In this document: in pieces, positions 17,923 through 30,793 of the stretch
How the letters are laid out: each line of letters begins with the position of its first letter
Position numbering within the stretch: the first letter of the stretch is position 1
Assembly: GCA_043718025.1 (NCBI GenBank)
Contig: JAYSWN010000188.1
Span: forward strand, 1 to 64,000
Direction: 5' to 3'
DNA: 64,000 bases
Origin: Pseudomonadota bacterium
Lineage (GTDB): Bacteria; Bdellovibrionota; FAC87; UBA2466
Notes under the pieces: generated by a model
Seen by the model: the letters and a program-made list of their open reading frames with translations, nothing else
Told to the model about the DNA's origin: nothing
The model's database searches: none
Program-made: the position numbers and the translations under genes

Positions 17923-19980
17923 ATGCGCTGGTTTATCGTCGGTTTCTTGGCTTTTACCGGGTTGGTTCAGGGTCAGGTAGAGGTCAAAGAGAAAAAGGAC
18001 TCGGCTCAGCCCCTTCCCGAAACCCGCACCATTACGGTGGCAGCCGAGGTCGACGACCTCTTCGGAAAAATCTACTTCAGCCAAAATAGCGATCTGCAGG
18101 GCAACCCCAAGTTTGTAGTGGCCAGAGACCCCATCGTGGCCGAGCTGGCTTTGATGGACCGTTTTATCGAAAAGCTGCAAAAGGGGACGATTGACCCCAA
18201 GGCCGGCTACTTGGTGGTGACCCGCTACCATATGGCCGATGGCCGCGTGCGCGACCGCATGAAAAAGGCCGCCGAATTGGGTGCGGCCGTAGACTTCATC
18301 TCCGATTTCAATGATTCGGTAGACGTTAAGTTCTTGCCGGGTGAAAAAATGGTGAGCGACTTCTCACTCTCGCGCGTCACCCCCAATAAAGGGCTCAACG
18401 GTAAGATGCTGCAAGAGTTTTTAGACATGGGATTTCAGTACGGCCAGGCCAATCAGTTTCCTCGCCTAGGTCTCTATAGCCAGCCGGTGTTTAACAAATT
18501 CGATGACAACGGAAAGCCGCGAAACCAGATGTTCGATATCATGCACGAAAAATCGATCGTCGCGGCCCACGTTAGTGAGGGAAAAGTGCTTTGGGTGCAA
18601 GCCACCTCGGGATCGGCCAACATGGTGGCCCACACCGGTGAAGGTGGCGTCACACGCGTAAACTTAGTGCGTGAAATCACCAACCCGGAATTGGCCCAAG
18701 TTCGTTTTCACCACGCGCAAGCACTGCGCAAAAACTTTGCCCAAGGCAAAGCGATAAAGGATCTTCCCGCCGAACCGCTCTTTCGCGTTGAGACTAAAAA
18801 TGGTTTCGTCGAAACCGGCTTTACCAATGGCCGCTACAACTTAAACGATCGCATTGCGGCGATGATGTTGCTGGCCACTCCGGGGGTCACCAAAGAGATC
18901 GTGGCCAAGGGTTTCGATAAAGGGGTGGAGAGTTACTATAACCGAATGGAAGCCGAGTTTAGCGGTTGGAAAATTGCGCTCATCAAAGAGATGGAATTTG
19001 TAAACACGCACACCGAAAGCCGGGTAGCCGAAAAACTTCTTTTTGAAAACGACGACAACGTGAAAAAGCTTGGCCTTTACGATGCTAAATTCAGCACCCC
19101 GACGGGCTACGGTTTTCCGCCCATTCAAGTGGGGGTGGATCTGATGCGGCCGATGGGCGGCACCATTGCGGCATACTCGCGCAAGATCTCGGACCGTATG
19201 AAAACTATGATTTATCAACGTGCCCTTCCGGGCGTGGTCGAAGAAGACTTGGAAGGCCCCCCGATTTCTCGTTACTTGCTGCACACCAAAACCAAAATGC
19301 TCCGGGGCACTCTGAAAAATGGAAAAGCAATTACCGTCGTCTTTGATGGCAGCTTAAACAACAGCAATCACGAGGAAAACGCCGAGGACCAGGACATGAT
19401 TGTGGTGGCGGGCAGTTCGCCGCTGATTGATGGCTACTGGGCGATACCCGAAGCGCTTTTGCTTTCGGATAGAGATTACTTTTATCAAGGCGCCCAACAA
19501 TTGGTTTATGACGGCGTGGCCCGCTTGACCGGACGAAGCCCGCTGCAGTTGGTGCAAGAGCATGAGGAAGAGGCGCGCAAATTTTGGAAGTCGCTAGTAT
19601 CCGGAGATCTCGACACTTCGCGAACCGCGATCAGTAAAATTGCGGTTAAGAAGCCAAAACTTAAAGATCCGATTGGCCCCACTGAAGCAAAAAAACGGAT
19701 TGCCAACCTGTTCTCGTATTTGAAGTGGCACAAAGAGACGTTTCCTAAAAGCTACGGCAAAGACGACTACTACCTACGCAAGCACCTGAACGTGATCGCT
19801 ATTTTGAGCAACCCCAAAATGCCTTCGGGGCAAGTGGCTGGCGCTCTGGTGTTTATGCACTGGCAGCCGGGGGTGACACGGCCGCAGCAAGAGGAGTGGG
19901 CGCGCGAGGCGTGGAAGCGGTTAGGCTTTAGCGCTGAATTCCCCGAGCGCAAACCAGAAGGGACTACGCCTAACCCCTGA
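17923..19980 (+). CDS. Secreted phospholipase D superfamily protein (two HxK motifs)
   Basis: RBS GGAGG before ATG 17923, signal peptide; MHEKSI...TSGSAN and LHTKTK...DGSLNNS..ENAE. Confidence 0.7.
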   Translation: MRWFIVGFLAFTGLVQGQVEVKEKKDSAQPLPETRTITVAAEVDDLFGKIYFSQNSDLQGNPKFVVARDPIVAELALMDRFIEKLQKGTIDPKAGYLVVTRYHMADGRVRDRMKKAAELGAAVDFISDFNDSVDVKFLPGEKMVSDFSLSRVTPNKGLNGKMLQEFLDMGFQYGQANQFPRLGLYSQPVFNKFDDNGKPRNQMFDIMHEKSIVAAHVSEGKVLWVQATSGSANMVAHTGEGGVTRVNLVREITNPELAQVRFHHAQALRKNFAQGKAIKDLPAEPLFRVETKNGFVETGFTNGRYNLNDRIAAMMLLATPGVTKEIVAKGFDKGVESYYNRMEAEFSGWKIALIKEMEFVNTHTESRVAEKLLFENDDNVKKLGLYDAKFSTPTGYGFPPIQVGVDLMRPMGGTIAAYSRKISDRMKTMIYQRALPGVVEEDLEGPPISRYLLHTKTKMLRGTLKNGKAITVVFDGSLNNSNHEENAEDQDMIVVAGSSPLIDGYWAIPEALLLSDRDYFYQGAQQLVYDGVARLTGRSPLQLVQEHEEEARKFWKSLVSGDLDTSRTAISKIAVKKPKLKDPIGPTEAKKRIANLFSYLKWHKETFPKSYGKDDYYLRKHLNVIAILSNPKMPSGQVAGALVFMHWQPGVTRPQQEEWAREAWKRLGFSAEFPERKPEGTTPNP

Positions 19981-20232
19981 GATTGATACCGGGATTGGCC
20001 TTAAAACCTAATGTTTTCAATGACTTAAATCGTAACATTGTCCCTCACTTAGGCCAGGGGTAAGCGGGTTCTGTCCGCTACTTAAATTCGTCTGAACTCT
20101 AAACGAATACGGCTATAAAGTGGTCGTTGTGAAACGACGCGAGCGACCACCGTTGGTCTACACTTATCCCCCATTTTTTAAAAACCATTCAGCATCTGAA
20201 CACTTAGAATGCGGCCTCCGTTTTCGGGGGCT

Positions 20233-20248
20233 TGGCCTTGGCTTTGCT
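20233..20248 (+). promoter_or_regulatory. Putative sigma54 -24/-12 promoter
   Basis: TGGCCTTGGCTTTGCT = GG-N10-GC, ~70 bp upstream of ATG 20319. Confidence 0.55.
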
Positions 20249-20318
20249 CTACTAATCACCATTGGATTTTGATTCTACTTTTTGATTTTACTTTTTGATT
20301 CTCCGGGGGGGGATTTCA

Positions 20319-22112
20319 ATGAGACTTCTTTTAGCCGCTACGCTGGTTCTTTTAACTACTACTCAATTTGCTTCGGCCGGTGGTCCTCGCTGCGGCGGAG
20401 GAGGCCGCGGTCCACAGATTTGCGGCGGCAATCCTGGTTTTTTAAACATGGGCGGCGGCTTTCAAGGGCAAGTAAATTCAGGAGTGGTGCAGTCAGGATT
20501 CGATCCACTCACGTTTAACGGCCAAATCGCTCTTCAACAAAACGGAAATTTAGTTTCACCATCAAACGGACAAATCGATATAAGCGGTTTGACGTTTGAT
20601 CAAGTGATCCAGGGAAACCTGCTTATTGCGCGCGCCTTGCGCAATGGCACCGTTGTGGACCAGACCAATAATTTCGACGGCAGCAATCGCCCGATATTTT
20701 CAAGGCTCGGGACAATTGCCTCAACGTCGCAAACGGCATCAACCCCTTCTACCGTAGCGGCAACGGCCGGTGCCTTGGCCGGCTCATCCAATGGCAAACT
20801 GGGGAAAGCTGTGCTGGGGGAGAAACCCGACGGCAGCTTTACGCAAAGACGTGAGGGGCAGCCCGATCAACCGATCGAAGTGGTGACCAGTAGCAACGCT
20901 CAAGGGTTTCGTCGAAATTCAGAAGGTGGTTTTGACCGCATCACTCTACAGCCCAAAGACTTGGTGGTGCGGATCGATAACGGCCAACCGGGCGGCGCCT
21001 TGGTTTTACTCGATGAAAATGTGCGACAAGATTTGGTAAAGCGTTATGTCGCTGCAGATAAAACCGGCATGCCTAAGGAGCAGTGGGATTTAATCGTAGG
21101 CATCCGCAACCACCACAACGCCGGTCGTACGGGAACGGTGAGCGCGCCTTCAACGCGGGCGGTGGCAACGCACAACGGCGGCGGAAGCGCCCAACCCAAT
21201 CGAGAGCCGGCTAACACTCCTCCACCTTCGGCTTTTGAGAAATTAGCGGCGGAGTTTAAAATTGACCCTGTCTCCCCGCCCAATGCGCTTGACGAGTTTA
21301 TTAAAAAACCAAAGTGGGGAAAATGGGATTCGAAAGAAAAGTCACAACTTGCACTAGTAAAAATGAGATGCGTTTCCGACGGAAAGTGGTCTGATGCGAC
21401 GATGTTCTTACAGAGAGAAAAGTCAGAGGTGCCGCTAGGCACTTGGCGTAACAATTTCGGCATGCTCCCAAGTGTTAGCGCTAAATTTGATGTCAGTGAA
21501 TTAACTGACAACAACCGCAAATTTACGATGGTCGGCCAAAATTCCGATAACAAATCATACGTGGTGAAACAAGATGATACGAGCTACGAAATAAAACTCG
21601 TCATGGACACCACCGACAAAACCAAGGTCAGTAAAATGCTGGTTAAAATCACGGGGGAAATAGCTGGCCTTCCAAGCACCCAGATGTGCGAGAGCACGGG
21701 GTTCGTTCCGAGTCCGGCTTTTTTTGAGCCGGCTAAGACCCCAGACGCGGCCAACTCAAACCTCGGAGAAGAAACAGAGGAAACCGGCCGAGTTCAACTC
21801 TCCTCGAAAAGCGCAGGCCTGGCCTTTCCCACATTCATGAAAGCCAAATGCGTTGATTGCCATACTGCTCCAAAGGCCAAGAAGGGACTCACCGTCGGCG
21901 ATAACGGAATAGTTTTTGGCAAAGACAAATACTCTTCGATCAAAGCGGCGGCCGTGGCTCTAGCCACAGGCCTTAAGAGAATGGTTGATGCCCAAGGGGT
22001 GGACTTTAAAGACCAAGAAAAAACCGAATTAAAAAATTGGATAAGCGCCTTCAGCACAGGCATGGATGATACGCAATCTACCGCATTAACTGCGGCGCTA
22101 AAGGCTTTATAA
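20319..22112 (+). CDS. Secreted protein with Gly/Asn/Gln-rich N-terminus and C-terminal c-type cytochrome domain
   Basis: Signal peptide MRLLLAATLVLLTTTQFASA; single CxxCH (KCVDCH) near C-terminus followed by Met and helix EKTELKNWI. Confidence 0.7.
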   Translation: MRLLLAATLVLLTTTQFASAGGPRCGGGGRGPQICGGNPGFLNMGGGFQGQVNSGVVQSGFDPLTFNGQIALQQNGNLVSPSNGQIDISGLTFDQVIQGNLLIARALRNGTVVDQTNNFDGSNRPIFSRLGTIASTSQTASTPSTVAATAGALAGSSNGKLGKAVLGEKPDGSFTQRREGQPDQPIEVVTSSNAQGFRRNSEGGFDRITLQPKDLVVRIDNGQPGGALVLLDENVRQDLVKRYVAADKTGMPKEQWDLIVGIRNHHNAGRTGTVSAPSTRAVATHNGGGSAQPNREPANTPPPSAFEKLAAEFKIDPVSPPNALDEFIKKPKWGKWDSKEKSQLALVKMRCVSDGKWSDATMFLQREKSEVPLGTWRNNFGMLPSVSAKFDVSELTDNNRKFTMVGQNSDNKSYVVKQDDTSYEIKLVMDTTDKTKVSKMLVKITGEIAGLPSTQMCESTGFVPSPAFFEPAKTPDAANSNLGEETEETGRVQLSSKSAGLAFPTFMKAKCVDCHTAPKAKKGLTVGDNGIVFGKDKYSSIKAAAVALATGLKRMVDAQGVDFKDQEKTELKNWISAFSTGMDDTQSTALTAALKAL

Positions 22113-22117
22113 AGACT

Positions 22118-22300
22118 ATGATGCCCAAACTAAAAACCGCCCCCCTGCGTTTCGCCGCCGTAGGCCTACTACTCGCTTTGGGCGTGGGGGCCACGGAGTG
22201 GGTAGCGCCGTCAAATAAACCGAATTCGCAAACCGCGATCACCGGCGCAAAAAAACCCAGAGCGCTTGAGCCGATGGGATCAAACAAAGTCCCTCAATAA
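22118..22300 (+). CDS. Small hypothetical protein with one hydrophobic segment
   Basis: Starts 5 nt after upstream stop; hydrophobic N-terminal stretch. Confidence 0.4.
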   Translation: MMPKLKTAPLRFAAVGLLLALGVGATEWVAPSNKPNSQTAITGAKKPRALEPMGSNKVPQ

Positions 22301-22422
22301 GAAACGGCCTTTCGCTTACCCCCTGCCCAAATTGTCACCTCAACGCCAAATTTGGCAGAGCCATTTAGGCTAAAGTATCTGCTTTCTCAAGTCGTTAGGT
22401 TCAACTTCAACGCCATTTCCGT

Positions 22423-22438
22423 TGGCCTTCAGCGTGCA
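22423..22438 (+). promoter_or_regulatory. Putative sigma54 -24/-12 promoter
   Basis: TGGCCTTCAGCGTGCA = GG-N10-GC; IHF-like TCTCAAGTCGTTA at 22385. Confidence 0.5.
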
Positions 22439-22482
22439 GAAAGGCTCGGTGCCACTTAAGCCCAAATCAGGAAATTAATTTC

Positions 22483-23190
22483 ATGAAAATAAAATCAATC
22501 AGTCTATTTTTGCTAGTCACCAGTTTTACGATCATTTTCGGATGTGGAAAAGACACCCCAAAAAATGGGGGAAATGGGAACCAAGATATTAAACCTCCCG
22601 TTTTGCCCGACTGGAGATCAGTCACTCCAGACGACACGCACTTTGCTTTCTCGAGTGGGCAACGGTTTGTCGTAAAATCACAGTTTGTGGTTAAGAAAAA
22701 AGAGGCTGATTTTGAACCCTTCTCAACCAATAAATTTACCCACGTCAGCTTGTTCCAAAAGGGGACCATCGTGGCCAAAACCGCCGAAATTGCCGCCGAC
22801 ACCCCTTTTTGCGGATTGGGCACCAGCAAAACGATGAACGGAATTTATCAATTAACCATCAGCGATGGAACCGGAACCGCAATGTACATGTTCAAAGATA
22901 CGATTATCACCCTCGAAGCCGGCGGCAACATGGGCGTAGTGCCAATCCTACCGCAAAACCGTTCGCTCTATTACACGGCGAAAGAGGCGCATGCGCTTCG
23001 CGATGGCTCGTCTGACCGTTGGTCTGGGTGGGTCTTCTGTGGAGTGTTTAGCGATAAGGTCATTTTGGCCGGCGACACCTTCGCGTTTCAAAAGCACGCC
23101 CTTGAAGTGCTCGGCATGCCCAAAGCTAAGGTGGCGTTAGAATCGTTTGGGGCGCACGTATTGCTTGAGATTCCCCAGAAGACGAAGTGA
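22483..23190 (+). CDS. Hypothetical lipoprotein
   Basis: RBS AGGA; lipobox IFGC after hydrophobic signal. Confidence 0.75.
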   Translation: MKIKSISLFLLVTSFTIIFGCGKDTPKNGGNGNQDIKPPVLPDWRSVTPDDTHFAFSSGQRFVVKSQFVVKKKEADFEPFSTNKFTHVSLFQKGTIVAKTAEIAADTPFCGLGTSKTMNGIYQLTISDGTGTAMYMFKDTIITLEAGGNMGVVPILPQNRSLYYTAKEAHALRDGSSDRWSGWVFCGVFSDKVILAGDTFAFQKHALEVLGMPKAKVALESFGAHVLLEIPQKTK

Positions 23191-23214
23191 GGGAAAGGGC
23201 CCTTCGCCGCTACG

Positions 23215-24456
23215 CTAGAGAATAGTTAGCGTCTTTAAAAACTCTTCTTTAGGCACTAAGTAGAAAAGTTTGGCGTTGCCCTTAATCACCCCGGCATTTC
23301 GCTTGGCTTCGGGCCCCGGCCCCCAGAATAGATCCACCCGTCCGGTGCCGCGTATGGCGCCGCCCGTATCGTCGTCGAGCACAAAGCGCGAAACCCTATC
23401 CCACTTGGTGGGCACGTCACCCGTGGCGTTCTCCCAATTTGGTTTATCGAATTCCATAAACCCCAAGGTGCCCTTCGGAAAGTAGCGTGAGTCGCTGGCA
23501 ATGGTGCGGCCCGGGGTGGTGCGGGTGCCAAAAAACGTGACCGGCTCGCCATCACGCTCTTTAAAAAAAACGTAGCTTGGGTTTTTAAACAAAATGTTGC
23601 GGCTCTGCTCCAACGGCATTCCCGAAAGCGCCCGTTCGATCGTTTGCAGCGTCATTTGCTCTTTGGGAATTAAACCGTTCATGAATTTACCAATCGATTC
23701 ATAACGGTGACCGTTTTGTTCGGCGTAACCCACACGAACTCTCGACCCATCCGAAAAAACCACGGTGCCCGAACCCTGCACCTGCATAAAAAAAGAGTCG
23801 AGCGGCGTTAGGTAAGCCAGCTCTAGGCCGCGTTTGGCCAGCACCCCTTTGCCATCGATCTCTTCGCGGTTGAAGTACGGCACCAGTTGAAGTTTGCCCG
23901 GAGGGTATCCCAGCGGCACCAGCCGACCGCGCATCGGGGTGATGTCGGGGCAGCGCTCTTCAAACATTTTGGTGGCCACTTCGATGATGTCGGCGGGGGA
24001 CTGTAACAACGGCGTTGAATATTTTTCGGTTTTTACTTTAGAGCCTGACACCACTGGCTCGTAGTAACTGGTCAAAAATATCTCTCCCCATTTTTCGGTG
24101 CCGTACACCTCGTTGAAGTCGAAGCGAGTTTCCACCCAAGTCTGCAAACTCTCCTTGTTGGGTTTAGTGCCAAGAAAATCGATAAACTGTTGCATCGCGG
24201 CCGCGTAGGCCTCGCGTTTCATTTTACGATCACCAAACGAAAGGGTGCCCTGGGCCTTAGCCTGTTGCTGGTGAATTGAGATTTGGTTTTTGATCCCCTC
24301 AATCAAGGTATCGAGACTTAAGTCATCTATGATTTTTGCCGCTGAAGTGGGCCGCATCGCCCCTTCGCGCCCCTTAATGGGTTGGCGTCCGGCACAGCCG
24401 GCAAGCAGCAGTTGGGTAGAAACAGACAGAACGGCAATTTTTAGGAAGGGGTTCAA
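23215..24456 (-). CDS. mltA: Membrane-bound lytic murein transglycosylase A
   Basis: Lipobox LAGC; TSYYEP, FFMQVQGSG, YAEQNGHRY, NPSYVFF, DTGGAIRG..RVDLFWG (3D domain). Confidence 0.93.
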   Translation of the reverse strand: MNPFLKIAVLSVSTQLLLAGCAGRQPIKGREGAMRPTSAAKIIDDLSLDTLIEGIKNQISIHQQQAKAQGTLSFGDRKMKREAYAAAMQQFIDFLGTKPNKESLQTWVETRFDFNEVYGTEKWGEIFLTSYYEPVVSGSKVKTEKYSTPLLQSPADIIEVATKMFEERCPDITPMRGRLVPLGYPPGKLQLVPYFNREEIDGKGVLAKRGLELAYLTPLDSFFMQVQGSGTVVFSDGSRVRVGYAEQNGHRYESIGKFMNGLIPKEQMTLQTIERALSGMPLEQSRNILFKNPSYVFFKERDGEPVTFFGTRTTPGRTIASDSRYFPKGTLGFMEFDKPNWENATGDVPTKWDRVSRFVLDDDTGGAIRGTGRVDLFWGPGPEAKRNAGVIKGNAKLFYLVPKEEFLKTLTIL

Positions 24457-24503
24457 GATAGAAACAGTTTATCCCGCTAAACAGGCAGGCTCAACCAATT
24501 GCA

Positions 24504-25046
24504 TTAAAGTGGCGTGGCCGACAAAAAAGCTTTGAGATCTTGTTTTTCCTGAGCCGATAAAGTGACGCCGGAGTCCCGAGGGGGCATGGTATTGGCGTCT
24601 ATCCGCGCAATGCCTTTTCCCGAAGTGATTTTAGGCGGCGAGGTAGCGCCGCCGTTGTGACAGGTCATGCATTTGGCCATGATTACCGTTGCGCCGGGTA
24701 GAGTCGACGCCGTTACGCTAGAGGGCACCGTGCCCGGGGGAATGCTGGCCTGAATCAAACCGTCGCCAAAATTTGCGCCGCCTTGGCCCAAGGCTCCCCC
24801 TGCGCCAGCTACGCCGGCGCCCGTAATTCCCGCTCCGCCACCAATTCCGACTCCCGTACCTAAACGACCGGCTCCGCAAGAACTTAAAACATTATTTAAA
24901 TTATTAGAGCCACCCACTCCGCCGGAGAATGACCGTCCGCCTGCATCGAAAAGGTGACTCTGGTCATATTCGGCCGATGACGGCAGCATGACGGTGAGCG
25001 ATAAAAACGCCACCATCTTAAGAAGTAAATTTCTCTTACCGTACAT
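24504..25046 (-). CDS. Secreted Gly-rich protein with C-terminal monoheme cytochrome c domain
   Basis: Signal-like N-terminus; AKCMTCHNG, distal MPP, LSAQEKQDLKAFL helix; start at ATG 25046 preferred over 25082. Confidence 0.72.
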   Translation of the reverse strand: MYGKRNLLLKMVAFLSLTVMLPSSAEYDQSHLFDAGGRSFSGGVGGSNNLNNVLSSCGAGRLGTGVGIGGGAGITGAGVAGAGGALGQGGANFGDGLIQASIPPGTVPSSVTASTLPGATVIMAKCMTCHNGGATSPPKITSGKGIARIDANTMPPRDSGVTLSAQEKQDLKAFLSATPL

Positions 25047-25106
25047 TGAGAGTCTCCACAAATTTCCACGATCCACAGTCACTTAAACGTATGTTCGTCT
25101 ATACTC

Positions 25107-25122
25107 TGCAACCCAAGTGCCA
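25107..25122 (-). promoter_or_regulatory. Putative sigma54 -24/-12 promoter
   Basis: Minus strand TGGCACTTGGGTTGCA, exact match to TGGCAC-N5-TTGCA. Confidence 0.75.
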
Positions 25123-25299
25123 GAGGCGTGGGTTCAAAGTTCGGCCGCGCACCGCAAGTGGGGGTAAGATTTTTGACGCTTTTAGGGCGAACTGGCGAAG
25201 ACCAGAAGTGGGTGAATACACCCTGAATGCGCGGTGAGGTGACAAATAACGTCACCAGCCCAGATAGCGTTCTGACGCTTCTCACACGCTGGTGCGACG

Positions 25300-25812
25300 C
25301 TATTTTGCGACGATTACCTGAAGCTCAAAAGGTAGGCTCTTGGGAAAGAAGCAGGTCTTTTCATCACAGGCTTGGTAGCGCAACTTTCCCTTCCAAGGAA
25401 AACGCGCTAAGGCCACTTTTTGCGGGGTTTTTACCGGTACCTTTATTTCAACCACGCCATCGTAGGTTGAAATCTCGCTGTTCGAACTTTTCAATCGATA
25501 GGGTTTACCCACGGGGTAGATCGGCGGCAGTACCTCTAAGTTGTTGGCGGCGGGCAATTGCAGCGTGGTGGGAATCAATTGCGGCGTACTGGCCGGATTA
25601 GCCTGGACGTGAAAACCCGGGGCCACTTTAAATCTTACCATCACCGCCGACTCAGAATGGGGCGAAAGGCGAATCGGGCCTTTGCTTTCCAACGTAATGT
25701 ACTCCACCTCTTTTTCCGCGGCGAAAACGTGAAGGCAAAACATTGAAGACGCGGCCACCACGCTAACGCAAAAAAGGCGCCGCAAATTTCCGAGGGTCAT
25801 GGCAGAGGTCAC
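25300..25812 (-). CDS. Stand-alone DsbD N-terminal (alpha) domain protein
   Basis: Signal peptide; VAPGFHV, YP, YQACDEKTCFFP (Cys pair). Confidence 0.8.
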   Translation of the reverse strand: MTSAMTLGNLRRLFCVSVVAASSMFCLHVFAAEKEVEYITLESKGPIRLSPHSESAVMVRFKVAPGFHVQANPASTPQLIPTTLQLPAANNLEVLPPIYPVGKPYRLKSSNSEISTYDGVVEIKVPVKTPQKVALARFPWKGKLRYQACDEKTCFFPKSLPFELQVIVAK

Positions 25813-26144
25813 TTTCCGGCGGCTGCAGAGATAAGCTTCTCCAGCTCACCACTTTGGTACAAGTCCTTAACAATATCATAGCCTCCCACAAACTCTCCCT
25901 TGATGAAGATTTGGGGAATGGTCGGCCATTGGGTAAATTGCTTCACGCCTTCGCGAATCAACGGATCTTCAAGCACATCATAAGTTTTGAAAGTGGCGCC
26001 AAGGTGAGAAAACACCTCCATCACTCCTTTCGAAAACCCGCACATCGGCATGTTTTGCGTGCCCTTTACGTAAAGAACGATGGGGTCTTTGTGGATGGCG
26101 GCTTCGATTTCGGTTTTGATCGTTTCTAAATTGCGTTCGCTCAT
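25809..26144 (-). CDS. grxD: Monothiol glutaredoxin Grx4
   Basis: KGT..PMCGFS, WPTIPQIFIKGEFVGG. Confidence 0.95.
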   Translation of the reverse strand: MSERNLETIKTEIEAAIHKDPIVLYVKGTQNMPMCGFSKGVMEVFSHLGATFKTYDVLEDPLIREGVKQFTQWPTIPQIFIKGEFVGGYDIVKDLYQSGELEKLISAAAGK

Positions 26145-26383
26145 GGTTTTACCTCATTTGGAGTTTTGGCCTGAATAGAAAGGGCGTGAATTTCGCCCCC
26201 CACGGCTGGTCCGATGGCAGCGTAAATCATCCGATGCCGAGCCACCAGATTCTTGCCCTCAAAGGCAGTTGAGATCACTCTGAGTTCAAAATGATCTGCC
26301 GTACCCGTGGTATCGCGCACTTCAGCCTGCGCTCCGGGAATGCCCTTTTCTACCAGCCTTTGGATCTCACCTGCATCAAACAT
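26141..26383 (-). CDS. bolA: BolA/IbaG family protein
   Basis: DHFELRVIS..FEG..LVARHRMIY, EIHALSI; adjacent to grxD. Confidence 0.92.
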   Translation of the reverse strand: MFDAGEIQRLVEKGIPGAQAEVRDTTGTADHFELRVISTAFEGKNLVARHRMIYAAIGPAVGGEIHALSIQAKTPNEVKP

Positions 26384-26454
26384 AGGTTAGTGATATAGCC
26401 GCCTACCCCACGCCGGATCAAGATGTTATCTTACCGATTTTTCGGAGTCTTAAT

Positions 26455-27381
26455 TTGAGAATCGTTTCCCTTATCTCTAGTGCTACCGAAATCTTATGTG
26501 AACTGGGCCTGGCCGACCAACTGGTCGGAATTTCGCACGAATGCGACTACCCAGCTTCTATTCAATCGCTGCCCCGCCTTTCTAGCCCCAGGCTCGACCC
26601 GCGGCGCCCCAGCCACGAGATTCACGACGAAGTTCTAAACAAACTCAAAAAAGGATTAAGCCTTTATGACATTGACGCGCAAAAGCTTACCGACTTGAAG
26701 CCCGACCTGGTGATCACTCAGGATCAGTGCGAGGTCTGCGCGGTGTCGCTAAAAGATGTCGAAAACGCCTTGTGCGGCTGGACTGGCACCTCCACCCGCC
26801 TTTTGTCGTTACGCCCCTATACCCTGGCCGAAATCAAAGCGAGCTTTCTGCAGGTGGGCGAGGCGGTCGGACAGGTGCCAGCCGCCCAAGCACTACAGGC
26901 CAGATTCCAGGCAAAACTGGACGGGGTGGCGGCCGCGGTAAAACCGGCCACTGCGTACCCACGAGTGTTAAATCTCGAATGGCTAAACCCGCCCATCGTC
27001 GGCGGTGGTTGGATTCCGGAGCTCGTAAGAATTGCGGGCGGAGTGCCACTAATCGTGAGCGAGCCTGGCCATTTCGTAAAAGCCGAATGGAGTGAGCTTG
27101 AAGCGGTCAATCCCGAAATCATCACCATTTACCCCTGCGGATTCGATGTGGCTCGCACGCTTGAAGAAATGAAAATGCCGCTAGTGATAGAAAAATTGCT
27201 GCGTTTCACGGCGGTGCGAGAAGGCAAAACTTACGTGTGCGATGGCAACGCGTACTTCAACCGGTCGGGGCCGCGCATCGCCGACAGTGCCGAGCTATTA
27301 GCTGGCCTTTTTCATCAGGAATTAGGTTCGGCTTACCGAGCAAAGCACGCCGCCTTTTTCAAAACGTGGGTTATCGCGTGA
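26455..27381 (+). CDS. BtuF-like / iron-siderophore-cobalamin ABC substrate-binding family protein
   Basis: MRIVSLISSATEIL, GISHECDYP, KPDLVITQDQCEVCAV, EWLNP, PCGF, YFNRSGPR. Confidence 0.85.
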   Translation: MRIVSLISSATEILCELGLADQLVGISHECDYPASIQSLPRLSSPRLDPRRPSHEIHDEVLNKLKKGLSLYDIDAQKLTDLKPDLVITQDQCEVCAVSLKDVENALCGWTGTSTRLLSLRPYTLAEIKASFLQVGEAVGQVPAAQALQARFQAKLDGVAAAVKPATAYPRVLNLEWLNPPIVGGGWIPELVRIAGGVPLIVSEPGHFVKAEWSELEAVNPEIITIYPCGFDVARTLEEMKMPLVIEKLLRFTAVREGKTYVCDGNAYFNRSGPRIADSAELLAGLFHQELGSAYRAKHAAFFKTWVIA

Positions 27382-27448
27382 GAGCCAAAAGGGGAGCAGC
27401 TTAAATTGCACCCGCCACCTTTTCAGCTGAAAAGTGGATGGGCACCTT

Positions 27449-30789
<3,341 letters not shown>

Positions 30790-30793
<4 letters not shown>

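Noticed and set aside
27415..27437. Palindrome TTTTCAGCTGAAAA as an operator
   Set aside because: It lies between convergent 3' ends, so a terminator-like role is more likely; evidence too thin to call
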